DNA of 48,153 bases from Chiloscyllium plagiosum (Eukaryota), in contig NC_057752.1 in the NCBI RefSeq assembly GCF_004010195.1, forward strand, positions 13,357,755-13,405,907, read 5' to 3'. Made by a program: the position numbers and the translations under genes. Below the pieces are notes generated by a model. The model was given only the letters and a program-made list of their open reading frames with translations. It was not told the DNA's origin and ran no database searches. This document shows, one piece after another, positions 11,201 to 21,965 of this stretch (its first letter is position 1; every line of letters begins with the position of its first letter).

Positions 11201-13125
11201 ACATTCCAGACCCTAACCCCTCGAGTGAACCTGTCTCTCCCACACTCTCAGACAGTACATTCCAGACCCTAAGCCCTCGAGTGAACCTCCCTCACCCCCA
11301 CACTCTCAGACAGTACATTCCAGACCCTAACCCCTCGAGTGAACCTGTCTCTCCCACACTCTCAGACAGTACATTCCAGACCCTAAGCCCTCGAGTGAAC
11401 CTGTCTCCCCCACACTCTCTCCGACAGTACATTCCAGACTCTAACCCCTCGAGTGACTCTGCCTCCCCCCACACTCTAAGGCAGTACATTCCAGACCCTA
11501 ACCCCTCGAGTGAACCCGCCTCACCCCCACATTCTCTGACAGTACATTCCAGGCCCTAACCCCTCGGGTGAACCCGCCTCACCCCCACACTCTCAGATAG
11601 TACATTCCAGACCCAAACTCCTCGAGTGAACCTGCCTCCCCCCACACTCTCAGACAGTACATTCCAGACCCAAACCCCTCGAGTGAACCTGCCTACCCCC
11701 ACATTCTCAGACAGTACATTCCAGACCCTAACCCCTCGAGTGACCCGTCCTCCCCACATACTCTAAGACAGTACATTCCAGACCCTAACCCCTCGACCCC
11801 ACCCCAACCCCCCTCGGGTGACCCTCCCTCCTCACACACTCAGGCAGTACATTCCAGACCCTAACCCCTCGAGTGAACCTGCCTCCCCCCACTCTCTCAG
11901 ACGTTACATTTCAGACGCTAAACCCTCGAGTGAATCTCCCTCCCTGCCACACTCTCAGACAGTACATTCTAGACCCTAACCCCTTGGGTGACTCTGCCGC
12001 CCTCCACACTGTAAGGCAGTACTTCCATACCCTTACCCCTTGAGTGAACCTCCCTCCCCCCCACACTCTCAGGCAGTACATTCCAGACCCTAACCCCTCG
12101 AGTGACCTGTCCTCCCCCCATACTCTCAGACAGTACATTCCAGACCCTAACCCCTCGAGTGAACCTGCCTCTCCCCACTCTCTCAGACATTACATTCCAG
12201 ACGCTAAACCCTCGAGTGAATCTCCCTCCCTGCCACACTCTCAGACAGTACATCCCAGACCCTAACCCCTTGAATGAACTGCCTCCCCCCACAATCTCAG
12301 ACAGGACATTCCAGACCCTAACCCCTCGAGTGAACCTGCCTTCGCCCACTCTCTCAGACAGTACATTCCAGACCCTAAATCCTCGAGTGACCCTGCCTCT
12401 CCCCACACCCTCAGCCAGTACATTCCAGACCCTAACCCTTCGAGTGACTCTGCCGCCCCCCACACTCTAAGGCAGTACATTCCAGACCCGAACCCCTTGA
12501 GTGAATCTCCCTCCCTGCCACACTCTCAGACAGTACATTCTAGACCCTAACCCCTTGAATGAACTGCCTCCCCCCACAATCTCAGACAGGTCATTCCAGA
12601 CCCTAACCCCTCGAGTGATCCCGCCTCACCCCCACACTCTCAGACAGTACATTCCAGACCCGAACCCCTCGAGTGAACCTGCCTCCCTCACACTCTCAGA
12701 CAGTACATTCCAGACCCTAACCCCTCGAGTGAACCTGCCTCCTCCCACACTCTCAGACAGTACATTCCAGACCCTAACCCCGCGAGTGAACCTGCCTCCC
12801 CCCACACTCTGAGACAGTACATTCCAGACCCTAACCCCTCGAGTGAACCTGGCTCCCCCCACACTCTCAGACAGTACATCCCAGACCCTAACCCCTCGAG
12901 TGAACCCACCTCACCCCTACACTCTGAGACAGTACATCCCAGACCCTAACCCCTTGAGTGAACCTCCCTCCCCCCCACATTCTCAGACAGTACATTCCAG
13001 ACCCTAACCCCTCGAGTGAACCCACCTCACCCCCACACTCTCAGACAGTACATTCCAGACCCTAACCCCTCGAGTGAACCTGCCTCCTCCCACACTCTCA
13101 GACAGTACATTCCAGATCCTAACTG
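8228..13125. repeat. ~57-bp satellite (CACACTCTCAGACAGTACATTCCAGACCCTAACCCCTCGAGTGAACCTGCCTCCCC), ~4.9 kb including a gap; derived from antisense CR1
   Basis: Period 56-58 (ACTCTCAGAC at 8405 and 8461). The - strand reads VRVWNVLSESV.., like CR1 VRVWN.LPE.VVEAG. Most units contain an XhoI site (CTCGAG). Confidence 0.95.
9809..10464. other. Assembly gap (656 N) inside the 57-bp array
   Basis: Run of N. Confidence 1.
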
Positions 13126-13486
13126 CATTGTTCCACCATCTTTAACTCTGTGCCTTCTCGTTGTTGATCGTTTTCTTATCGGGAATGGTTGCTTGTTACA
13201 TTCTCGATCCTGGCATGTTAGGTTTTTGATTCTCAGTTGGTAACAATTTGTAACAGTTGATGCAAGTATGGATGAAAACATTATTGTTTGAGAAATGAAA
13301 TGGCAGCCAACACATGCAGAGGAATGACTCAGAGTTGTCAATGGACGAGTCTTCTTTGCATGTTCATAATAGACACTTGTGACCTGCTCTGACTGACACT
13401 ACACGTAGCTCCATGCCTCTTTTCTAAAATCCAAGACATTGTGGAAAGCATATCTGACTCCACTATTGTCACTCATCAGTATTAGG

Positions 13487-13704
13487 GGAGAAGGTGAGGA
13501 CTGCAGATGCTGGAGATCAGAGCTGAAAATGTGTTGCTGGAAAAGCGCAGCAGGTCAGGCAGCATCCAAGGAGCAGGAGAATCGACGTTTCAGGCATAAG
13601 CCCTTCTTCAGATTCCTGAAGAAGGGCTTATGCCCGAAACGTCGATTCTCCTGTTCCTTGGATGCTGCCTGACCTGCTGCGCTTTTCCAGCAACACATTT
13701 TCAG
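13487..13704. mobile_element. Penelope-like hairpin insertion (family A): 35-nt tail + 90-bp inverted repeat, two hammerhead motifs, 17-bp TSD
   Basis: Arms 13522-13611 and 13616-13705 with 2 mismatches. Direct repeat CACTCATCAGTATTAGG at 13470-13486 and 13705-13721. Confidence 0.85.
13610..13650 (+). ncRNA. Minimal hammerhead ribozyme motif (PLE type); a mirror copy lies on the - strand at 13611-13581
   Basis: CUGAAGA (13616-13622), A, stem II GGGC-UUAU-GCCC, GAAA (13636-13639), C, GUC (13641-13643), then GAUUCU, which pairs imperfectly with upstream AGAUUC. Confidence 0.65.
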
Positions 13705-13942
13705 CACTCATCAGTATTAGGTTATCGAGCTAACTTCCACTCTCAATTTGCCATCTGAAACCTCCTGCATCACTGCTCTTTTTTTTCGTGAATACACCGA
13801 ATGTCGACCTTCCCATGACAGAATCAGTCTTGAAGATTACCTGTGGCAGCAAAATCAGATCTCTTCAGTCTGCCTGTCAGGAGTTAACAAACATGGTGAG
13901 GTTTCATGTCTAACTCTTGCATACTCGTTCAACACCAACTCT

Positions 13943-14142
13943 AAATGCAGGAGAGACTCAACAGGTCTGGCAGCATCCGTGCAGAGAGGAACAGAGAAAC
14001 GTTTCGAGTGTCCCTTCTTCAGAAAAGAGCTCCAAAATTCAAACTCTGTTTTTCTTTCCAGAGATGCTGCCAGATCTGCTGAGTTTCTCCAGCAATTTCT
14101 GCGTTTGTTTCAGATTTCCCGCATCCGCAGTTCTTTGTTTTA
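13943..14142. mobile_element. Degraded Penelope-like inverted-repeat element (family C-like)
   Basis: CAGGTCTGGCAGCATC...AACGTTTCGAG...CCCTTCTTCAG followed by the inverted GATGCTGCCAGATCTGCTGAG. Confidence 0.6.
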
Positions 14143-14384
14143 TTCCAGTGGGCTATTGAATAGGTTCTGAAAACATTTCCTGTTGTCAGCCTCATGCTGG
14201 AACAATAATTTGCTGGTGACACTGGCAAGGCCACATTTACTGCCCATTTCAAGTTGCCCTGACAAGGTGGCACCGGACTGTTTCCTTCAATCGTTGCAAA
14301 CTTTCTGTGTGTGGTACCCCCCCCCCCCCACCCCGTGATATTGTTGCGTCAGGAATTCCAGGATATAGACTGGCAACAGTGAAA

Positions 14385-14812
14385 GAATAAAAACAATCTG
14401 GAATTAAGAGTCTAATGATGGTCTATCGTTGATTGTTGGGAGAAAAACCGCCATCTGGTTCACAAACAGAATGTTTATCCTTTTCACTTTATTTCTTATT
14501 CTCTAACTTGTGCTATGAATTATTGTGAGGTGATTTTTTTTCTTTGTTTCTTATTCTGTATCCACGATTTATACCTAGATACTTTGTACCAAAGATGGCA
14601 TCATGAGGGGCGACTCTGTAAACTTTACGTTGTACTCCTCTACTTGAAGACACATAACCATAAAATCAAATTCTAATGCCTGTTAGGGAAAGAAACTGCC
14701 ATCCTTACCTGGTCTGTCCTCCATCTTAACTGCCCTCTGGATAATTAGGGATGGGCAATAAATACTGACCTACCCAGCAATGCCCACATCCCGTCAATGA
14801 ATTAAAAAAAAA
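14385..14812 (+). mobile_element. tRNA-type SINE with LINE-derived tail, interrupted by another fragment at ~14465-14672
   Basis: Ends in TAGGGATGGGCAATAAAT.CTG.CCTA.CCAGCAATGCCCACATCCC...ATGAATTAAAAAAAA. Confidence 0.65.
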
Positions 14813-15356
14813 TGGCCGGGGTAGTTTGTCTCACTTTCGAATGAACCGGAGGCTAATTTAGGAGCATTGGTCTCTCTCTCCATTGCTGATGCTGGAACGT
14901 TCCTGCTGTTGGAGCTTGCAGGGCAGGCAGTGATGCCAAAGTAAGTTGGCACACAATCTCTAGATCAGGCACCGTGCTGAAGGGAGTGGATTCTGTTCAG
15001 CAAGTTGATGACTGCTATTTTACAAGGTACAACAGGATTCCTGCAGCTGGATTACAGAGTGTGTTTATTACAGGAAAAGTTCAATTGAAAAATCTTTGCA
15101 TTAAAATGTAATCAGATGCAATTGTAGAGGTCTAGCTGGTTGCAGCAGAAAGAGGAGATTAATAAAGGGAGAGGATATCCTCACCGCCCTCTCTACATAG
15201 CGAATATTCCGCAATCTCCTCAGCCTTGAAGAGTGAAGCAGATTTTCTGACCCTCAAATCGTTAACCTCAGATTTCTTCCTTCATTTGATTTACCAAAAA
15301 GCAAGCTAATCACACATCTCTCTGTGGGCAGATTCAAATTCATTGAGAACTGATCT

Positions 15357-15995
15357 TACATAGAACATAGAACAATACAACGCAGAACAGGCCCTTCGGC
15401 CCTCGATGTTGCGCCGACCTGTGAACTAATCTAAGCCCATCCCCCTACACTATCCCATCATCATCCATGTGCTTATCTTGTTTCGGTTCATTCATGTTGA
15501 GTAGCATTAGTGCAATCTCAGAATCATTGAAGGAGGCCATTTATCCTATTGTGTTCATGCTAGCTTGCCAATGTAGTGCCAACCTCCTGGGCACTCCCCA
15601 TAGCCTTACACAATCTTCCTTTTCAAATTAACATCTAATTCCCTCACCATAGCATTGATTCAACCCTGCCTCTAGCTCACTCAGAGGCAGTGTATTCCAG
15701 ACCCTCACCATGCTCTGTGGGAAATGGTTTTTCCTCATATCCCTTTTGCTTCTTGAATAAATTTTGATAAATTATATCATCCCAATCTTCATCCTTCCTC
15801 CAAGTAAGCAGTTTCTCCCTGTCTATTCTCTAGCCCCCAGATCTTGAACACCTTGACCAAATCTCCTCTCAATTTTCTTTTCACTAATGAAAGGAGTCCC
15901 AACGTCTCCAATGCATCTTACTAAGTGAACTTCCTCATAGCCCTCTCCTGCACTGCTTTGTAATCCTTCTGACAGTGCCCAGAGCTGGAATAGAG
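15357..15995 (-). mobile_element. CR1 3' fragments, antisense (young short tail at 15357-15478 plus an older copy)
   Basis: ACATAGAACATAGAAC...ACAGGCCCTTCGGCCC. The segment at 15665-15710 resembles the 57-bp satellite monomer in its native LINE context. Confidence 0.7.
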
Positions 15996-16629
15996 CGGTC
16001 CGACCCTTAATGCTGCTGCTCAGCAGCAACAAATCCAGAGTAATGCTCCGTCTACACTGACCCCTCAGCTCCAGCCTTGGAAGGAGTGATGAATGCTCCT
16101 TTGGGAAACAAAGAGATGGGTCTATTCACCTGGTCCTCCCATTTCCCGTGCACTCTGATCCATCCATTTTCATGTGACATCTGGCAAGGATCACTCTGAG
16201 GCGAAGATGTTTCCTTATTGGAAATACCGCCGACAAGATTATGATCACTGTTGCCTTTATCGACGGTCAGTGATCCATTTCCTGCATCTGACATCTTTGC
16301 AGCTCCCTAAGCAGGATCCCTTTACCAGAACAGTAAAGGGAATTTTGTTGCTTTGACCTGAAGTCCCAGAGTTGGAAAAAACCCATTTCTGCAGCAAAGA
16401 CCCTGTCTATAGCACGGGAGCGACTACACAATGTGTCATTGGCCTCATCTGACCAATACTCCATAGGATATTCTTTCCCCGGTTCCAGGCTAGACTCTAA
16501 TGTCAGGTCTCAGAGGCGTAGGACGAATGTTCAATTCACTGGGACTCGTCTTCTCCACCAACCCTCCTCCTGGCTAGTTGACGTGCTATAATTGTGCGTT
16601 TTGTTTGAAACCTTTTTTTCTCTCACCAG

Positions 16630-16740
16630 GGATGGCTTTTGCTCTGCTGACGTCTGTGGCCCCAATTTATGGACTCTACACCTCGTTCTTCCCTGTTATG
16701 CTGTACATCTTTTTTGGAACTGGACGACATGTGTCCACAG
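16630..16740 (+). CDS. slc26a10: SLC26A10-like exon 2 ([38 protein letters not shown]), sulfate-transporter signature region
   Basis: Polypyrimidine tract + CAG acceptor, donor ACAG|GTATGG, 111 nt, phase 1-1. GLY.SFFP...Y..FGT.RH.S.G is the SLC26 signature. Confidence 0.95.
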
Positions 16741-16794
16741 GTATGGTCTTCCTCCCCAGATTACACATAGTGGTCAGGAATGCTGCTATACTCA

Positions 16795-17310
16795 TTTGAT
16801 CTGATCTGATTTGATTCATTATTGTCACATGTGCCGAGATACAGTGAAAAGTATTGGTTTGTGTGCTATCCAGACTAACCATTCCTTACATCAGTCCATC
16901 AGGGTACTAGAACAGAATGCGTAATACAGTGTTACAGCTACAGAGAAGGGGCAGAGAAAGATCAACTCTAATACAGGAGAGGTCCATTTCGCAGCCTGAT
17001 AACAGCAGGGAAGAAGCTGTTCTTGAATCTAGTTGTACGTGTTTTCAAACCTTTTGTGTCTTCTGCCTGATGGAAGAGGTTGGAAGACAGTGTACCCGGG
17101 GTGGGAGGGGCCTTTGATGATGTTGCTGCCTTCCCGAGGCAGTGGGAAGTGTAGACGGAGTCAGTGGATGGAAGGTTGGGTTGTGTGAGGGACTGGGCTG
17201 TGTTCACAGCTCCCTGTAGTTTGTTACAGTCCTGGGCAGAGCAGTTACTGTACCAAGCTGTGATGCATCCAGATAGGATGCTTTCTGTGGTGCATCAATA
17301 AAATCCTTTG
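16795..17310 (-). mobile_element. Rex1/Babar-like LINE 3' fragment
   Basis: - strand ORF remnant TRTTRFKNSFFPAVIRL, typical of the Rex1/Babar C-terminus. The 3' tail ends in (AGATC)n. Confidence 0.7.
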
Positions 17311-17887
17311 CTAGAGTGGCCATTATTATAATCCGGGGTACCTCAGAGCTGCACGAGGTGAAATAATTGGGACATAGGGGCTGCAATTAATATGGCGACC
17401 AGGGCTTGGTTTGATTGCCTGAGGGAATCAGAGACGAATTTACTAGATGTTTGTCCTTGCTCAGTTGGCCACCTTTTACATCAAAAAACACCCTGTGTTT
17501 GTGCCTCTTCCAATAATTTGTGCATTTGCTAGTAAGTGAGTCTATTGTGAATTAACCTCAGAATTAACAAGCACCCAATAGGGATTCCGCAGATAAAATA
17601 AACATTTGCTTCATAATTCAAGGTGCCAAATGAGTGAAAACATAAATCAGACCCTTGGCAAAGACGGGATCTGTTCTGCTGACAATCCCGATGCTAAGAG
17701 AGGAGACAGTCTCACAATTATATTGGCAATGCAAGGATGAGGTGCATGACCAATCAAACTGATTTGGTTTATGTTGATTGAGGCTAGAATACTGGGGAGG
17801 GCTACTCTATTCTCCTGTCACCCTGACCTGAACAAGTCACCCTCAAATCTCATGCCAAAGAAGGCACCTCTGAGGACTCAGCAGGGA

Positions 17888-18285
17888 GGTGGCAGTGTTG
17901 TGCCAAATCCACTAGACTAGTTATCCAGAGACCCAGGGCTTTCAATCCCAGCATGGCAAATCCATTCCTGAAAGTTAATCTCAGTGATCATGATTCCTGT
18001 TGTAAATGGTTGGGTCATGCCCTGAAGAGCATTTCTTCCTTTAGGGAAGGAAATCTGCCATCCTTACTCGGTCTGGTGTCTCCAGATCCACCGCCAATGT
18101 GGCAGATCCTTAACTGCCCCCTGAAACAGCTCAGCAAGCCACTTGATTATCCCAACCATGGGCACAGCAGGTGCACCTGTAATGGATGGCTTGCAGAAGG
18201 AATGGCCTTCTTAAGGGCATCTGGAAATGGGCAATAAATGCTGGCATAACCAGTGATGCCCACATCCCATGAATGAATAAATGAA
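17888..18285 (+). mobile_element. tRNA-type SINE with LINE-derived tail
   Basis: Head ACTAGACTAGTTATCCAGAGACCCAGG..TTCAATCCC and tail ATGGGCAATAAATGCTGGC..ACCAGTGATGCCCACATCCCATGAATGAATAAA. Confidence 0.65.
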
Positions 18286-18477
18286 GAGTCTGCTGCTGAG
18301 TTAGACAAGATAGCATGACCCAATCTCTCCCCATCCTTCTCGCATGGGTGAAAGCACTCAGGTGAGGACGTAGGACATAGCTGCCAAACTGGGTCTGCAG
18401 AAGATGGTGAGGGAACCAACCTGAGGTTAATCAGAAATTCAACTGGACTTGCTACATACACACAATGGTTACGTGAG

Positions 18478-19075
18478 CTGGTCAGGAGCTAGGAATAATG
18501 TGACGAGTAACTCACTTCCTGACTCCCCAAAGCCTGTCCCACCATCTACAAGGAACAAGTCAGGAGTGTGATGGAATACTCCCCACTTGCCCCTGGATGG
18601 GAGCAGCTCCAACAACACTCAAGAAGCTCGACACCATCCAGGAAAAAGCAGCCGCTTGATTGGCACCACATCCACAAACATCCACTCCCTCCCCCCACCG
18701 ACGCTCATTGGCAGCAGTGTGTACCATCTACAAGATTCACTGCAGAAAGATCCTCAGACAGCACCTTCCAAACACACGACCACTTCCATCTAGAAGGACA
18801 AGGGCAGCAGATACATGGGAACACCAGTCCCTGCAAGTTCCCCTCCGAGCCCCTCACCATCCTGACTTGGAAATATATTGCTCTTCCTTTACTATCATTG
18901 GGTCAAATTCCTGGAATTCCCTCCCTCAGGGCATTGTGGGTCAAACCACAGCATCTAGGCTGCAGCAGGTGAAGAAGGCAGCTCACCCCCACCTTCTCAA
19001 GGGGGCAACTAGGGATGGGCAGTAAATGCTGCCCAACCAGCAATGTCCTGGCCCTATGAATACATTTTTAAAAAA
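18478..19075 (+). mobile_element. CR1/L2-group LINE 3' fragment, likely partner of the tailed SINE
   Basis: Remnants of IYK.QVRSVMEYSPLA...KLDTIQEKAAA and IYKIHC...SWNSLP. Ends in GGGCAACTAGGGATGGGCAGTAAATGCTG, the same tail as the SINE. Confidence 0.75.
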
Positions 19076-19422
19076 TCTTCACCCAGAGATTGGGGAGTCT
19101 ATGGAATTCTCTGCCATGGAAAGCAGTTGGGCCCAAACCGTTGAATGCTTTCAAGGAGTTTAATACAGTTCTAAATGCATCAAAGCAGGAATGGGCCTGA
19201 GTTGGATGACCAGCTATGATCATATTGCATGGCAGAACAGGCTTGTAGGGCCAAGTGGCCTGCTCCGGCTCCTATCTTCTGTTTCTCTGATTGATTGAGC
19301 CATTTGGAGAGAAGAAAAGCCGAATTTGATTTGGAGGGCAGAGTGAGTATTGGGTTAGCTCTCTTTGTACTGCACAGAAGCCACCACGCTTGACTGTTAA
19401 ACATAAGTTCTCTTCTTGCAAG

Positions 19423-19574
19423 GTACTTTTGCTGGGATTAGCTTGATGACTGGCTCTATTGTCGAACGCTTGGTACCACACCGATGGAACGTCACAAGCC
19501 TGGAAGATCCAGAGTTGGAGAAGCAAAGGATATCTGTCGCTTCAGCAGTGGCCTTTCTCTCGGGACTTATGATG
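19423..19574 (+). CDS. slc26a10: SLC26A10-like exon 3 (TFAGISLMTGSIVERLVPHRWNVTS...AVAFLSGLMM)
   Basis: Acceptor ttcttgcaAG, donor ATG|GTAATT, 152 nt, phase 1-0. SLMTGS.VERLVP is typical of SLC26A10. N-glycosylation sequon NVT in the TM3-TM4 loop. Confidence 0.93.
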
Positions 19575-20852
19575 GTAATTGCTGCAACCTTTCATTTTCT
19601 TTCAGTCTCCCTTCCATCACTGCGTCTGCCATTGTCTCCACAAGGTGCTGAGTGTCATGGGGCTTTCGTTTGCCAGGCTCCAGCAATCCCTCCATGTTCC
19701 GTACAGAGTGAGGTCAAACAATGTCAGAATAATGTGGTGGGGAGCCCTGGTGCCTCTATTTATTTCTGCTTTCACTTTAAAAGGATTGTCTCATTTTCCT
19801 AACAATCTCAGTATGATCATTCCCACCAAATTTTTACGCTTGGATTTTATTCTGTGGAAATTTGACAAATTTGAGGAAAGCTGCCCAATGGCCTCTGTGG
19901 TCTTACCCAGAATGCATCACACGAGGAAGGGACAATCTAGACCCTGCTAGGATTCCAGGCCTAAAGTTCTCTTGGGATTTTTTTTTTTGATTTTCTTCCG
20001 AGCCACATCAGGAGTCTGGAGAAACTCCTGTGAAACTTTACGGACCTCTGTTCAATTCATTTCTCGCGAGGCACAGCAAAAAGTATTTGAGTGATAACAT
20101 ATTATTAAAGTGTGATTTTTTTTCTCTCTCTGCCCTCATGTTCTGCATTTGTTTTGTTGGAAGCGCAGCAAGCAAGCTATCCCCGGTCCTCCGCCAAAGT
20201 CAACCTTTGACCATCCAGTCTTCAGAGAGCCTGCCAATGGTATTTCCCCTATCTTAGTGAAGGTCAGCCTAACGTCGTGCTGAGAGTCAGCCTGGCTTCG
20301 ATTGGGCAACTCAAATCAAGGAGCATGCAGGAGATCAGCATCATCAGCACCCACTATCACTTTGTGATACCCACAATCCAGTAACCTATCGCAGAATGGC
20401 TTCTGTGTTGAGAAATCCAGTTGGCTAAATAAAGACGAGACCCCCCTTTAAAATATATAGCAGCCTAATTGAATTGCTACTGGACTAGGAGTTCAGAAAC
20501 GCCCAGGCTAATACTCAGAACACAGTCGTAATGGTAACCATGGCAACTATAACTGACAGTTATAAAAACCCTTCTGGTTTGCTAATGCCCTTTTAGGGAG
20601 GGAATTCTGCTGTCCTTACCTGGTCTGGGCTGACACGTGATTCCAGACCTACAGCCAATGTGACTGACTCTTAACCACCCATTCAGTCCTAGGCTAATGG
20701 TCTCAAGTCATGGGTTCAAATCCATTTGGGTCAATTTTAATTCAGCTAATTAATGTGGGGGAAAAAACATTGGTCTCATTAATGGTGACCATGACACCAT
20801 TGTTGATTGTTATGAAAACCATATCTGGTTCACTCATGTCTTTAGGGAAAGA

Positions 20853-21480
20853 AATAAGACCATAAGACATAGGAGCAGAAATTAGTCCATTCAGCCCATC
20901 AAGTCTGCTCCGCCATTCAATCATGGTTGATAAGTTTCTCAACCCCATTCTCCCGCTTTCTCCCTGTGACCCTTAATCCCCTTGATACTCAAGAACCTAT
21001 CAATCTCAGTCTCAAATCTACTCAATGACCCGGCCCCACAGCCTTCTGTGGCAATGAACTCCATAGATTCCCCACTCTCTGGTTGAAGAAGTTTCTCCTT
21101 ATCTCCATCTAAAAGGTCTTCCCTTTACTCTAAGGCTGTGCCCTTGGGTCCTAGCCTCTCCTACCAATGGAAACATCTTCCCAACATCCACTCTGTCCAG
21201 GCCATTCAGTATTCTGTAAGTTTCAGTTAGATCCCCCCACCCCCCCATCCTTCTAAACTCCATCGGGTATAGACCCAGCATCCTCAATGTTAAGCTTTTC
21301 ATTTCTGGGACCATTCTTATGAACTTCCTCTGAACACACTCTAGGGCCAGTACATCCTTCCTGAGATATGGGGGCCCACACCTGCACACAATACTCCAAA
21401 TGTGGTCTGACCAGAACCTTATAGAGCTTCAGAAGTACATCGCTGCTTTTATATTCCAGACCTCTCAAAATAAATGCCAT
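20853..21480 (-). mobile_element. CR1 LINE 3' fragment, antisense, flanked by tailed-SINE pieces (~20465-20850, ~21480-21600)
   Basis: ORFs AFILRGLEYKS.DVLLKLYK.LVRPHLEYCVQ and YRILNGLDRVDVGKMFPLVGE. Confidence 0.9.
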
Positions 21481-21732
21481 AATCTGTTGCCCTTACCTAG
21501 TTTGGGCCTACGTGTGACTCCAGACTCACAGGTTGACGTGGAAATGGCTCACAAGCCATTCAGATCAAAGGATGGGCAATAAATGTTGGCCTTGCCAGTG
21601 ATAGAGAAAGGGGAGAAACTTTCTTCCTCAACTGTGCATATATTTAAGCCAGGAGCTTTCATCATGAATCAGTGCATTCACACTCCTGGTCTCAGGTTCA
21701 CTTTTGTTCAAGCTTTTCCCTTCCTCTTCCAG

Positions 21733-21897
21733 ATCTGTATGTTTGTCCTGCAGCTCGGATTCCTTTCCACCTACTTGTCTGACCCAATCGTGAAGGCATT
21801 TACCAGTGGCACTGCATTCCACGTCACCATCTCCCAGCTCAACACCATGCTTGGACTACAGCTTCCGCGCTTTGCTGGACCTTTCACCATCTTTAAG
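21733..21897 (+). CDS. slc26a10: SLC26A10-like exon 4 (ICMFVLQLGFLSTYLSDPIVKAFTSGTAFHVTISQL...FTIFK)
   Basis: Acceptor ttcctcttccAG, donor AAG|GTTGGC, 165 nt, phase 0-0. Confidence 0.95.
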
Positions 21898-21965
21898 GTT
21901 GGCATTTGTGTTTAAAGGACCGGTGTGTCGGGCACTTATCCTCATTCGCTTGGCCAACCTTGTGG

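Noticed and set aside
8228..13125. Interstitial telomere (CCCTAA in each unit)
   Set aside because: There is only one hexamer per ~57 bp, explained by the CR1 source sequence (GTTAGGGTC), and no (TTAGGG)n run.
8227..13341. Many Pro/Thr- or Gly/Arg-rich ORFs, some spanning Ns
   Set aside because: These are translations of the 57-bp satellite and the assembly gap.
13487..13704. Classification of the hairpins as DNA-transposon MITEs or pre-miRNAs
   Set aside because: The asymmetric tail, variable 12-17 bp TSDs and hammerhead cores fit Penelope-like retroelement termini better. Nothing in the sequence specifically supports a miRNA.
15995..16575. Non-repetitive-looking stretch before exon 2, considered as an extra exon or nested gene
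   Set aside because: Exons 1 and 2 already join in frame (PQ-G-MAF). The short ORFs here resemble nothing I recognise. It remains unexplained and would need a conservation search.
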